Source: Sulfolobus acidocaldarius DSM 639 (lineage in GTDB: Archaea > Thermoproteota > Thermoprotei_A > Sulfolobales > Sulfolobaceae). Taken from it: a stretch of DNA of 32,000 nt. Location of the stretch: the NCBI RefSeq assembly GCF_000012285.1, contig NC_007181.1:120001-152000 (forward strand). The letters run 5' to 3'. The notes under the pieces are model-generated. The model was not told the origin of the DNA and searched no databases. It saw only the letters and a program-made list of their open reading frames with translations. The translations under genes were made by a program, and so were the position numbers. Every line of letters begins with the position of its first letter. Position 1 is the first letter of the stretch. Positions 1 to 9,972 of the stretch are shown piece after piece.

Positions 1-415
1 ATTCTAGGGCGTCTGCTGGATGGTGAACATAAAACACTCTCTCATTGCCTTCAGTCTCTACTTTTTTAGGCTTAGCTCCTGTACTTAAGAGTAAGTAATC
101 ATACTCTCTCTTTATTTTTTCTTTATTGGCAGTTTCTCCATAAATAGTTCTTCCTGAGAAGTCAATTTCAGTTATTCTTATACCTGTTTTAACGTCTATT
201 TTCCTCTTTTCTTTGAAGAACTCAGGCGTGTATGTCATGAATAAACTTTCATCATCAAAAAGTCCCTCGATAAAATAAGGTATTCCACAGGGCGCATGGC
301 TTACGAATTTCGTTGACTCGAATACCTCAATATCCATCTCTGGTTTTAGTCTTCTAACTTTAGAAGATGCACTCATTCCTGCTGCTCCACCACCTACTAC
401 AACTAACTTCTCCAT
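1..415 (-). CDS. FAD-dependent pyridine nucleotide-disulfide oxidoreductase (NADH oxidase / CoA-disulfide reductase-like), 3' part truncated by window edge
   Basis: Manual translation from ATG at 415 on minus: MEKLVVVGGGAAGMSASSKVRRLKPEMDIEVFESTKFVSHAPCGIPYFIEGLFDD...; GxGxxG FAD-binding fold and the conserved APCGIPYFIEG Cys motif. Missing from the supplied ORF track because it runs off the window. Confidence 0.88.
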   Translation of the reverse strand, partial: MEKLVVVGGGAAGMSASSKVRRLKPEMDIEVFESTKFVSHAPCGIPYFIEGLFDDESLFMTYTPEFFKEKRKIDVKTGIRITEIDFSGRTIYGETANKEKIKREYDYLLLSTGAKPKKVETEGNERVFYVHHPADALE

Positions 416-628
416 TACAGTCACCTTATTTTTAATATTTCTAAATCAAAGTTAATAAACTATACATACGTAGATTTTTGGATATATTAATATTTAACTA
501 CTTATATAATAACTAATAATTAACTTTTATGTTAATTATGAAGATTACGTTTCGTGTATGTTCTTTTCTGACGCAATAAATAGATCAGTAACACCATCCA
601 TGAGACCCATCTTATAATATGAGGAAAG

Positions 629-648
629 CCTCGCCATTTAAGGTGAGG
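629..648. other. Imperfect inverted repeat / hairpin CCTCGCC-ATTTAA-GGTGAGG in the long intergenic region 416-773
   Basis: Seven-bp stem with one G-U pair and a 6-nt loop. Confidence 0.35.
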
Positions 649-773
649 AGGAAGCCAGATTCCTAGGAAGAAATTTATAATTTTCAGCAGTAGCCATCTT
701 TAACACTTGCCTTTTCATCTAATTTATGCAATAGGTAACTCATTTATAGTAAATTTACCAAGAGATACTTGTT

Positions 774-1208
774 ATGGAGAAAACAGGTTTTGAAAATTTA
801 ACGAAGAAATTGGATGAGATAAGCGAGGCAGGTCTTAGTTTTAATGAAGCTGAGTTAATAAGATTCCTTAGATCTGAGGTTAAGAAGCAGAAGGGTTTGT
901 TAGATTCCTTTAACGAGGCATTAGATTCCCAGAGATGGGAAGAAGCTCTATCGTCGTTTTTGTTGTTTACGCAGAGAGTTAATGTGGTATTCATTTATCT
1001 GTTTCAGCCTACCCACATCTCGTTATTAACAGGAAGTAAAATATCCTCATTACTTGAGGAGTATCTCTCAGCAACATCACTTTCAATATCTATGTCCCTT
1101 CTGAAATTAAGACCACATCTCAAGAAAATTGGAGTTGAAAGCATAACGACCTCAATTTTGTCAAACCCACCATCTCTTAACTTCAGTATGGTGATAAAGG
1201 GTGAGTAA
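774..1208 (+). CDS. Conserved hypothetical protein (144 aa), overlaps start of PGI/PMI gene by 8 nt
   Basis: ORF with ATG start at 774; stop overlaps GTG start at 1201 (GTGAGTAA), implying translational coupling; no recognisable domain. Confidence 0.6.
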   Translation: MEKTGFENLTKKLDEISEAGLSFNEAELIRFLRSEVKKQKGLLDSFNEALDSQRWEEALSSFLLFTQRVNVVFIYLFQPTHISLLTGSKISSLLEEYLSATSLSISMSLLKLRPHLKKIGVESITTSILSNPPSLNFSMVIKGE

Positions 1209-2121
1209 TGTTTACGAGAGGTGGAAAGAGTTTTATGAAGACGCAATTTCCCGTGATATACCCGGCGTTAAAACCGCTGAAAAAATAGCTTATTTTGGTA
1301 TTGGCGGAAGCGGAATACCAGGTGAAGTCCTAAAACTCCTAGACTTACCTGTGGAGTATAAGCTGTTCAGGAGTTACAAGGTAAACGTTGATTCAAAAAC
1401 TACAGTTGTAGCGGTAAGTTATTCTGGTAACACTGCAGAGACACTTGCTGGGGTAAAGAGGGCTCAAGAATTAGGTGTAAAGGAGATAATAGTCATTACC
1501 TCTGGAGGTAAACTTAAGGAGATAGCTGAAAGTAAAGGATATCCTTTATTAAGCTTACCCCAAGGCTATCAGACACGATTTATTTTTCCGTATATTTTCA
1601 CATATCTTGTTAGAATCCTTAACCAGAGTACAGGATCTAACTATAGAGTACAAGATTTAGTTGATGGAATACAGGACAATTTCACCATGTTGTCAGAGGT
1701 AAGTACACGAATAGCCAATAGGATCACTGGAAAGGTTCCTATATTTTATGCTTCAGATTTACTCCCTATTGCTGAAAGATTTAAACAGGAAGTAAATGAG
1801 AATGCTAAGTATCCAGCCTTTTTCTCTCAGTTACCTGAGGCTAACCATAACGAGATAGAACTTTACTCGTCACAACAGGGAAATCAGTTTATACCAATTG
1901 TTATTCCCTCTGATAAGATAGACGAGGCTACAGCTTCTCTAATAAATGCAGAGTTAATTTATCCACCTTATAAGAGTATACTGAAGAACATATCCGGCAT
2001 GTTTCTGATTGCAGGACTAGCTTCAGTGAAGTTAGCTTCTCAATTGAATATAAAAGCAGAAGAGCTAAGGATAATACCTAAAATAAGAGAAAGGACACAC
2101 AATTTACTTATGGGTGGTTAG
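1201..2121 (+). CDS. Bifunctional phosphoglucose/phosphomannose isomerase (SIS domain)
   Basis: GTG start; [23 protein letters not shown] and [14 protein letters not shown] motifs of the crenarchaeal PGI/PMI family; C-terminal [15 protein letters not shown]. Confidence 0.9.
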   Translation: MSNVYERWKEFYEDAISRDIPGVKTAEKIAYFGIGGSGIPGEVLKLLDLPVEYKLFRSYKVNVDSKTTVVAVSYSGNTAETLAGVKRAQELGVKEIIVITSGGKLKEIAESKGYPLLSLPQGYQTRFIFPYIFTYLVRILNQSTGSNYRVQDLVDGIQDNFTMLSEVSTRIANRITGKVPIFYASDLLPIAERFKQEVNENAKYPAFFSQLPEANHNEIELYSSQQGNQFIPIVIPSDKIDEATASLINAELIYPPYKSILKNISGMFLIAGLASVKLASQLNIKAEELRIIPKIRERTHNLLMGG

Positions 2122-2123
2122 TC

Positions 2124-3533
2124 TTGAATCCTCTGAGGCTTTACAACACTCTGGGTAGAAGAATAGAGACTTTTGAATCATTTGATCCATTAACGGTAAA
2201 AATGTATGTCTGTGGTCCTACGGTTTATGACTACGTTCATATAGGTCATGGTAGAGCATTTGTGGGTTTTGATGGTATAGTGAGATACCTTAAGTTGAGG
2301 GGCTTCAACGTAATAAGAGTTCAAAACATTACCGATATAGACGATAAAATAATTAAAAGAGCCAATGAGACAGGCAAAGATTGGAGAGAAATAGTAGATT
2401 ATTACACAAAGGACTACATGGAATCACTTAAAGCTTTGAAGGTAGAAATAGATCAACATCCTAGAGTAACCAGTCACATCCAGGAAATAATTGATTTTGT
2501 TCAAAAACTAGTAGATAAAGGTCATGCTTACATAACTTCTAGTGGAAGTGTCTACTTTGATGTGGATTCCTTCCCTAGTTATGGGTTATTATCAGGGAGT
2601 AAAAAAGAGGAGTGGAATCAGGGAGAAGAAATAGTTAAGGAGAAGAAAAATCCCTATGATTTTGCTTTATGGAAGGCATGGAAGCCCGGAGAGCCCTATT
2701 GGGAATCGCCATGGGGTAAGGGTAGACCAGGCTGGCATATCGAATGCTCTACAATGTCAACTAGATATCTCGGTGAGCAGTTTGATATACACGGTGGAGG
2801 TGTGGATCTAGTCTTTCCCCACCACGAGAATGAAAGGGCACAGAGTGAGTCTCTATTAGGTAAGATATGGGTTAAATACTGGGTTCATGTAGCTTATCTC
2901 ACAATAAACAAGGAGAAGATGAGTAAGTCGCTTGGAAATATAATACCACTGAATGAAGCGTTAAAGAAATGGGGTCCCAGCGTTTTAAGGTTCTGGTACC
3001 TGTCTACTAAATATAGAAATTCCATAGACTATAGTGAGCAAACCTTAGAGCAGGCTAGATCATCCCTTCAGAGACTCAAGGACGCAATGGGTATAATAAG
3101 GAGTGTAATTAAAGAAGAGCCTAAAAGTCACTCCAATGAAGAGGAAATAAGTACACAGAGAGAAATAATTAGTCTAATCGGGAAGTTTCATGAGGCCATG
3201 AGTAACGATTTTGATACTGCTACTGCTCTTTCAAATATATATGAAATTGCTAACCTAGTTTTCACAAAAATCCAATACACTAGGGATTTCATGGGGGCAA
3301 TGTTAGCTTTTGACGCATTTAGACAATTTAACTATGTCTTTGGGGTTATGGACGAGGAGTTTAGCCCTAGCTATGAAACTATGTACAAGGTTATAGATTC
3401 AGTTGTTGAAATAAGAAATATACTAAGAGCTAGGAAGATGTATGATCTAAGTGATGAAATAAGATCTGTTCTAGCTAATGCAGGGATTAAGATTTTAGAT
3501 GGAAAAGAAAAATCTACTTGGAGGTTTGAGTGA
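2124..3533 (+). CDS. cysS: Cysteinyl-tRNA synthetase
   Basis: [53 protein letters not shown] motifs; TTG start two nt after the upstream stop. Confidence 0.97.
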
Positions 3534-3954
3534 CACTTTTTTCAACTATAAATAAGGGAGTTTTTTCTCCGTTAAAGTATCTCTCTAGCATCTCTATAGT
3601 GGTAGGGCTAACGTTCTCACGACGGAGTTCATCAAGCCCTAGGAAATCTGCACTTGTGGCATCACTTCCTGGATTCAATTCCCCGTTTAAAACTTTGCAT
3701 ATAAAGTCGAAAATTACGTAGTGATATCCCTCTTTTATTATTTCCACCACTGCTAGCAACTCAATAGGTTCCACGTCTAGGGCAGTTTCCTCCTTCATTT
3801 CTCTTTTTACAGCATCTACTAGAGTTTCACCGTATTCTACTTTGCCTCCTGGTATAGCCCAATTTCCCTTATTGGGTGGGTTTCTCCTTTTAACTAACAG
3901 AACCTTATTGCCTTTGAGTATTACTCCTCCTACTGCAACTAAAGGTCGTTCCAT
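3514..3954 (-). CDS. Nudix hydrolase (ADP-ribose pyrophosphatase / MutT-like)
   Basis: Nudix box [22 protein letters not shown]; convergent 20 nt overlap with cysS 3' end. Confidence 0.9.
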
Positions 3955-3977
3955 AATAAAATTAACATAGGATAAAA

Positions 3978-3990
3978 GTTAATATATAGT
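3978..3990 (+). promoter_or_regulatory. Putative TATA box for the 4009 start (leaderless gene)
   Basis: gttaatatatagt about 20-30 nt upstream of ATG at 4009, spacing typical of Sulfolobales leaderless genes. Confidence 0.5.
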
Positions 3991-4008
3991 AGTTAATGTA
4001 GCTTATTG

Positions 4009-5265
4009 ATGCGAGTATTTTCATTAGCCCTAATCGTACTATTGATCCCAATGTTAGTAACTACAGGTTTTGCTATTAATTATAACAGTTATTCGACTCA
4101 AAAGATAAGTCAACTCACAATTTATTCTCAGCTACAATATGACCTCAAACAAGTTTCAGGTAATAAAACTAATTTGTACTCAGTTAACTATAAGGTAAAT
4201 GGTTATCAAGGTGCAACTGTTAATGTCAGTGTTGTTGTAAATAAGCTAAACATAACAAAGCCAAATAATGCAACACTACCAATATCTTCGGGTAATTACA
4301 CTGTAAACCTACTTGATGAGCTATTAAGCCTCCATTATCCTTATTTCTTACCTTACCTAATGTTTAATCAGACATACGGGATATATCTTAAAGATGCTAC
4401 TTATGTAGTATACTTCGCCGGAAACTCCACATTTAAGTTAATGAACCAGAATATATCTGCATATAAATTCTACCTACTATCAAATGCTTCCTCTAGAGCT
4501 ACGCAATATATTGTATTACCTAATGGTATATTAGCAAATGCAACGTTTGCTGGTGCTAATTATACTTATGTGTTCACATTAAAGAACTATACTGATCCCA
4601 TAATACTGAATATTAATTCAACGGATCTCGGTAATGGTGTTTCAAAACCGTATCTATACGTGTATAGTATATACAATCAGGCTTATCAGACTCTTACACC
4701 TGACGCATATCTTGAGGTTTATTATCCCTTCCAGATAGGTGGCTATGTGGCTGAACTATACTATTTACTTTATCCACAATCAGGAAGTGCTCTTGTTCAA
4801 AATGTGCTTTTAGGTAACAATGTTAATTTCCAGGTATATTTTAAGCCTTATAACCAAGACATAATTACATTCTTACCTAGTGTTGGAAGTAACCAAATTA
4901 CGTGGAGTGGAGAAAAAGTTACTCTAGTGAACACCACCGACCTAAAACTTGTCAATGGAAGCGTTGTTAAAGCATACCTATACAAGTACAGTGATAATTT
5001 CTCCACTGTTTACGTTTACTTCTCCATGAATGGTGTTTTATTACAACAAATGAATTACTCTTACACGTATAAGACTTATATAAACGAATTGAGTTTCTTA
5101 GGTAATAACTACTATCCCTTGAACACTACATTACCTACTTTAACTAAGCCAAGTTATACTACATTACCCTATCAGGCTGTAGACTTTAACACTTTCCTGA
5201 TTGGAACTATAATTTTCACTGTAGTTTTATCGATATTAATCATAGTTTTTAGACAAAAAACATGA
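4009..5265 (+). CDS. Predicted secreted/membrane-anchored surface protein (about 418 aa)
   Basis: N-terminal signal-like segment VFSLALIVLLIPMLVTTGFA, N/T/Y-rich ectodomain with many N-x-S/T sequons, C-terminal TM FNTFLIGTIIFTVVLSILIIVF then RQKT. The track starts one codon earlier (TTG 4006); ATG 4009 is better supported by TATA spacing. Confidence 0.75.
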   Translation: MRVFSLALIVLLIPMLVTTGFAINYNSYSTQKISQLTIYSQLQYDLKQVSGNKTNLYSVNYKVNGYQGATVNVSVVVNKLNITKPNNATLPISSGNYTVNLLDELLSLHYPYFLPYLMFNQTYGIYLKDATYVVYFAGNSTFKLMNQNISAYKFYLLSNASSRATQYIVLPNGILANATFAGANYTYVFTLKNYTDPIILNINSTDLGNGVSKPYLYVYSIYNQAYQTLTPDAYLEVYYPFQIGGYVAELYYLLYPQSGSALVQNVLLGNNVNFQVYFKPYNQDIITFLPSVGSNQITWSGEKVTLVNTTDLKLVNGSVVKAYLYKYSDNFSTVYVYFSMNGVLLQQMNYSYTYKTYINELSFLGNNYYPLNTTLPTLTKPSYTTLPYQAVDFNTFLIGTIIFTVVLSILIIVFRQKT

Positions 5266-5385
5266 TTTTTCTTTGATTATATTGTCATTAGGCAATTTGA
5301 TTTATCACTAGTTTTTACTACTGATTTTAGCACAAATTATAGCTAAATTAAAATTGTTTAGAGAGAAGAATTACTTGGATAAAAT

Positions 5386-6657
5386 ATGAATTCTTCTGCG
5401 GTAGAGGAAACTTTATCCTCTAATTTATATGTGCAACAGGTAAAGAAACTGTATAATGTTGGTAAAATTTTAGGTTTAAATGAAGATGTTTTAGATACTC
5501 TAGCTCAACCTGAAAGAGTTATTCAGGTTAAGATTGAAATAAAAGGTAAGGACGGTCAAGTAAGAACTTTTATGGGTTGGAGATCTCAGCATAACAGTGC
5601 CCTTGGTCCCTATAAGGGCGGTGTAAGGTATCATCCAAATGTTACTCAGGACGAGGTAGTTGCTTTATCTATGATGATGACTTGGAAGAATGCTCTGCTT
5701 TTGTTACCCTATGGAGGAGGAAAAGGAGGTATAAGAGTGGATCCATCAAAACTAACGCAAGATGAGCTAGAGCAACTATCACGAAGATATGTGGGTGCTT
5801 TGTACAAATACATAGGTAGTGATATTGATATTCCCGCACCTGATGTTAATACAAACCCTCAAACAATGGCTTGGTATGTAGATGAATACATTAAGATTAC
5901 AGGAAGAGCGGATTATGCAGCATTTACAGGAAAACCCATCGAATTAGGAGGCTTACCCGCAAGAATTTACAGTACAGGTCTGGGTGTAGCTACAACAGCC
6001 AGACTCGCAGCTGAGAAAGTATTAGGTGGCATAGAGGGAGCTAGAGTACTAATTCAGGGCTTTGGTAACGTAGGTAGTTTCACTGCAAAGTTCTTAGAGG
6101 AAATGGGTGCTAAAATCGTTGGTATAAGCGACATAAAGGGAGGAGTGATAAACTACAACGGAATAGATGTAAAGAAAGCGCTAGAGGTTAAGGATAACAC
6201 AGGAAGCGTATTTAATTATCCAGATGGTAAGAAAGTCACAAATGAGGAGTTCTTAGTAAGTGACTGTGATATCCTCATTCCAGCTGCTATAGAGAATGTA
6301 ATTCACAAGTTTAATGCTCCAAAAGTAAAGGCAAAGTTGATAGTTGAAGGTGCAAATGGTCCGTTAACAGCTGACGCTGATGTAGTAATGAAGGACAGGG
6401 GAATCATGGTAGTCCCTGATATTTTAGCTAATGCAGGAGGCGTAGTTGGAAGCTATGTTGAATGGGCTAATAACAAAATGGGAGAGATAATGGATGAAGA
6501 AGAGGCAAGAAAACTAATAGTTAGCAGAATGGAGAGAGCTTTTGATTACGTATACACCAAATATAATAAGTTAGGAGATCAGGATATGAGAACTGCTGCG
6601 ATGGCAATGGCAATAGAGAGAGTAGTAAATGCAATGAAAGTTAGAGGAAAATTATGA
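5386..6657 (+). CDS. gdhA: Glutamate dehydrogenase
   Basis: [74 protein letters not shown] motifs. Confidence 0.97.
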   Translation: MNSSAVEETLSSNLYVQQVKKLYNVGKILGLNEDVLDTLAQPERVIQVKIEIKGKDGQVRTFMGWRSQHNSALGPYKGGVRYHPNVTQDEVVALSMMMTWKNALLLLPYGGGKGGIRVDPSKLTQDELEQLSRRYVGALYKYIGSDIDIPAPDVNTNPQTMAWYVDEYIKITGRADYAAFTGKPIELGGLPARIYSTGLGVATTARLAAEKVLGGIEGARVLIQGFGNVGSFTAKFLEEMGAKIVGISDIKGGVINYNGIDVKKALEVKDNTGSVFNYPDGKKVTNEEFLVSDCDILIPAAIENVIHKFNAPKVKAKLIVEGANGPLTADADVVMKDRGIMVVPDILANAGGVVGSYVEWANNKMGEIMDEEEARKLIVSRMERAFDYVYTKYNKLGDQDMRTAAMAMAIERVVNAMKVRGKL

Positions 6658-6939
6658 TCAGACTACATAACTTAAAACTACAAATGCAATGATAAGTACA
6701 ACCATTATAACACCTATTATTAATGCCATTTTCGCCATATCCTTATTACTTCCGAATACGATAGGAATTGGACCTATAAAAATAACTCCACCATATTCTG
6801 TTTTTGTCTCCTCTCTCTGATTCTCATTCCTCTCTTTTTTAGAACTCTTTATTATTCCACTAACAATTCCTACAATAACGAGTACTAAACCTACGAATAT
6901 TATTGTTAATCCTATAGCAGAGAGGATATCAGTGCTCAT
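6658..6939 (-). CDS. Small two-TM membrane protein, DUF131-like
   Basis: Two hydrophobic helices flanking conserved GGVIFIGPIPIVFGS; 4 nt downstream of the 6944-8431 gene. Confidence 0.75.
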   Translation of the reverse strand: MSTDILSAIGLTIIFVGLVLVIVGIVSGIIKSSKKERNENQREETKTEYGGVIFIGPIPIVFGSNKDMAKMALIIGVIMVVLIIAFVVLSYVV

Positions 6940-6943
6940 ATTA

Positions 6944-8431
6944 TTATATAGTTTCTTCGAAAGATTTAATTTTATTTGCCAAAATCTCCATCTCTTTAGG
7001 CATTTCAGCCCCGTCTTCAGTTGTCACTAGTTCTCCTATACTTCCCCTGAACTTATCATAATCAATACCTCTCTTTTTGAACACATTCACTAACCATCTG
7101 TATGTTTCCTCTTTCGTTAAATCCCTTAACTCTTTCTCATCAGGATATATTCCAAAGTTCTTAATGACTTCTATTAATTTTGCCTTGGTATAGTAGTTTT
7201 CAACTTCCCTGTTTAGAGGGACACAGAATTCCCTAAGGTGATTATCAATTTTCTCACATAATCCTAAGAATATTACATTTAAGTCCAATGCGTTCTTTAA
7301 TGAGAGCCATAATTGCAACTCAATATCGTTAGATGCTTTAAATATAGTAATTCCAAGTTCCTGTCTATTTAATCCAATCTTCTTTAACCAGTTTTCTATA
7401 ACAGGAGGTTCAACTAGATCACTTGCCAATATTATTATTCTATTAAATAATACGTCACTTATGTTAGCCTTTAGCAGCCCAAGAACTTTCTTTAATCTCT
7501 CTTCGGGTCTAACTGAAATAGCTGAGGAGACTCCATTTTTCTTTCTCATTATAACATAACTGTCAACTGAAGAGCTAACAATATACGGAGAATGCGTTGT
7601 AACGAACACCTGAAATACATCGTTATTAGTCCACTCCTTAATCAATCTCATGATTTTTGACTGCAGAGTGGGGTACATATTCACCTCAGGCTCTTCCAGT
7701 AAAAGAACTTTGCTACCACTTAACCATAGAATAAATAACATTAAGATTACTCTTTGAAACCCACTGGCAGCTAGGTCAATATATATTGGTAAGTTCTGTA
7801 TGTTTAATACTAGTTTTCCTCCGTCCCAGAACTCTAAACCTTTAATCTCCGGTATAGTGTTGCTGACGAGGTTTACAAAATCATACCATTTCCTCTTCAT
7901 ATTTATAGGGCTTCTATTCATGTCTATCATTCTCTTCATAGTAGAGTCAAAGTAATATTGATCGAATATTGGCACATACTCTACAGCCTGAGATGCAAAG
8001 GAAAATAATTGTTTAACAATTTCTAAATCATCTTTTGTAGGTGTTCCACCATTTATACTCAGAGATTCTAGTGACCACTCAATGAACTTATTATTGTATT
8101 GTAGTGTATTTACTACTTCAACCCTGATTTTTCCGTTTCTACCCGTGTTCCTAAAAACCTCTTGTTCATTAAATTCTATTACACCGCCGATTTTAATTAG
8201 TTTTGAAACATCGTAATCTCTCCACAGAAGCATGTATTCTCCATTCCTATCTTCAATGTTTCTCTTTTCTAGTCCTGCCCCTAAATTCTTTATAAATAGA
8301 TATATGGCGGTGAGGAGGTTCGTCTTTCCGTAGCCATTATAACCAACTATTATATTTAGACCTCCTAGACCTGTTAATTTGACTGAGGATATGCTTCTGA
8401 AGTTATTCACGTAAAACTCAATAAGCTTCAT
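6944..8431 (-). CDS. OLD-like / AAA_21-type ABC-class ATPase with degenerate C-terminal TOPRIM-like region
   Basis: Walker A VGYNGYGKTNLL, signature-like LAASGFQRVI, Walker B KVLLLEEPEVNMYP, H-loop VFVTTHSPYIVSS; C-terminal part begins ASDLVEPPVIENWLKK. Confidence 0.82.
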   Translation of the reverse strand: MKLIEFYVNNFRSISSVKLTGLGGLNIIVGYNGYGKTNLLTAIYLFIKNLGAGLEKRNIEDRNGEYMLLWRDYDVSKLIKIGGVIEFNEQEVFRNTGRNGKIRVEVVNTLQYNNKFIEWSLESLSINGGTPTKDDLEIVKQLFSFASQAVEYVPIFDQYYFDSTMKRMIDMNRSPINMKRKWYDFVNLVSNTIPEIKGLEFWDGGKLVLNIQNLPIYIDLAASGFQRVILMLFILWLSGSKVLLLEEPEVNMYPTLQSKIMRLIKEWTNNDVFQVFVTTHSPYIVSSSVDSYVIMRKKNGVSSAISVRPEERLKKVLGLLKANISDVLFNRIIILASDLVEPPVIENWLKKIGLNRQELGITIFKASNDIELQLWLSLKNALDLNVIFLGLCEKIDNHLREFCVPLNREVENYYTKAKLIEVIKNFGIYPDEKELRDLTKEETYRWLVNVFKKRGIDYDKFRGSIGELVTTEDGAEMPKEMEILANKIKSFEETI

Positions 8432-8541
8432 ACTACACTCTCAATCATAATTAAGACTATCAGAGATATAATTGTTAAGTAGTACAAAGAAAGAAGTTTC
8501 TCTTCATAAGAAAAAAGGGGGTATTATTAGCCTTAATGATT

Positions 8542-9330
8542 TTAAAGCGTAGCTCTAATAGCTCCACCATCAACTGGTATTAAAACACCATTTACATAAG
8601 TTGCTAGACTTGAAGCCAGAAATATTATAACATTAGCAACTTCCTCCGGGGTTCCAAATCTCCTGAGTGGAATATCTCTTGTCACTTCATCAATAACCTG
8701 CTCCTCAGTCTTATTCTCGTTCTTTGCCCTATTCTTAACAACTTCTTTTAACCTATCTGTTAACGTCCAACCCTGCATTATTCCGTTCACTAAAATACCT
8801 TTAGGTCCTAGTTCCCTTGAGGCTACTTTTATTAGACCTGCCAAGGACAGTCTTACCACATTAGATAAATCCAGATTATCCATTGGTTGTTTTAAGGTGA
8901 ATGAGGTAGCTAATATAATTCTTCCATCCTTTTCCATTCTTTTACCTGCTTCTCTTACTGCAACTACTGCACTCATTAACAGTAAGTTAAATGCATTTCT
9001 CCAATCCTCATCTGTTAAAGTCATTAGATCTCCTGGCTTTGGACTACCAGTATTATATACGAATATATCTAGTCCGTTTAGCATCTTATAGCCTTCATCT
9101 ATGAGCTTTGCAACATCATCAGCCTTGGTTAAATCTGCCGTAACATAATGAACCTTACCAATAGTCTTTAATTTTTCATATGCTAAAATGAGGTTCTTTT
9201 CATCATGTGAAGATATGATTACCTCTGCACCCTCTTCAACAAACCTCTTTGCTGTAGCGAACCCTATTCCCTTGCTAGAGGCTGTTACAATTACTTTTTT
9301 ACCTTTTATTCCTAGATCTATCTTCTCCAC
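8542..9330 (-). CDS. Short-chain dehydrogenase/reductase (SDR), 3-oxoacyl-ACP-reductase-like
   Basis: VTASSKGIGFATAKRF cofactor motif; PLRRFGTPEEVANVIIFLASSLATYVNGVLIPVDGG C-terminus. The usual YxxxK is replaced by an unusual LSNVVRLSLAGLIK segment. Confidence 0.88.
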   Translation of the reverse strand: MEKIDLGIKGKKVIVTASSKGIGFATAKRFVEEGAEVIISSHDEKNLILAYEKLKTIGKVHYVTADLTKADDVAKLIDEGYKMLNGLDIFVYNTGSPKPGDLMTLTDEDWRNAFNLLLMSAVVAVREAGKRMEKDGRIILATSFTLKQPMDNLDLSNVVRLSLAGLIKVASRELGPKGILVNGIMQGWTLTDRLKEVVKNRAKNENKTEEQVIDEVTRDIPLRRFGTPEEVANVIIFLASSLATYVNGVLIPVDGGAIRATL

Positions 9331-9940
9331 CTAAGAAGAATTCAATCGTATATCTTTTTGAATCTTTCGAAACGTTTATAAGTTTCCTTATCATCTTAAA
9401 GTCCTCCTCAAGTACGCTCCTTAGATTTGGGTTATATAATGCAGCAGCAGGATGATAAGTTGGAAATATATTTATTACGTGATCATCAATTTTCCATTCA
9501 TATACTTTCCCCCTACTTTTAGTTATGGAATGGAATTCAATATTAGCCTTTGAGAGAATATAAGAAGTTGAATGTCTACCTAGTGTGACAATTACTTGGG
9601 GTTTTATTAATCTAATTTGGAGATCAAGGTATGATGAACAAGCGGTGATCTCGTCTTCTTCAGGATCCCTATTATTTGGTGGTCTGCATTTGACAACGTT
9701 TGTTATGAAAACTTCATCTCTTTTGATACCCAACGTGTCTTCTATCAATTTAGTGAGTAGTTTTCCAGCTGAACCGACAAAAGGTCTTCCCTCTTCATCT
9801 TCTGTTTCCCCTGGAGCTTCTCCAATGAACATAACTTTAGCCTTAGGATTCCCTTCACCAGGAACAGCGTTCCTTCTGTCCATCCAGAGTTTACACTTTC
9901 TACAAACTTTGATTTCGTTAGCTATCTCGTCTAACTCCAT
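9299..9940 (-). CDS. udg: Type-4 (family 4, Fe-S) uracil-DNA glycosylase
   Basis: [71 protein letters not shown] motifs; Fe-S cysteines C14/C17 and downstream Cys residues. Confidence 0.95.
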   Translation of the reverse strand: MELDEIANEIKVCRKCKLWMDRRNAVPGEGNPKAKVMFIGEAPGETEDEEGRPFVGSAGKLLTKLIEDTLGIKRDEVFITNVVKCRPPNNRDPEEDEITACSSYLDLQIRLIKPQVIVTLGRHSTSYILSKANIEFHSITKSRGKVYEWKIDDHVINIFPTYHPAAALYNPNLRSVLEEDFKMIRKLINVSKDSKRYTIEFFLGGEDRSRNKR

Positions 9941-9963
9941 ATATACATATTTTTACAAAAAGA

Positions 9964-9972
9964 TCATATATC
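9964..9972 (-). promoter_or_regulatory. Putative TATA box of udg, overlapping the D box of the upstream C/D sRNA candidate
   Basis: GATATATGA on minus about 24-30 nt upstream of the ATG at 9940. Confidence 0.45.

Noticed and set aside
530-620. Possible C/D sRNA (ATGAAGA ... CTGA on plus near 535-570, and GGTGTTACTGATC on minus)
   Set aside because: Guide spacing is about 22 nt on plus, and there is no C box 12-13 nt before CTGA on minus; box set incomplete.
755-1246. Minus-strand ORFs 755-994 and 1004-1246
   Set aside because: Antisense to ORF 774-1208, which is better supported by its translational coupling to the PGI/PMI gene.
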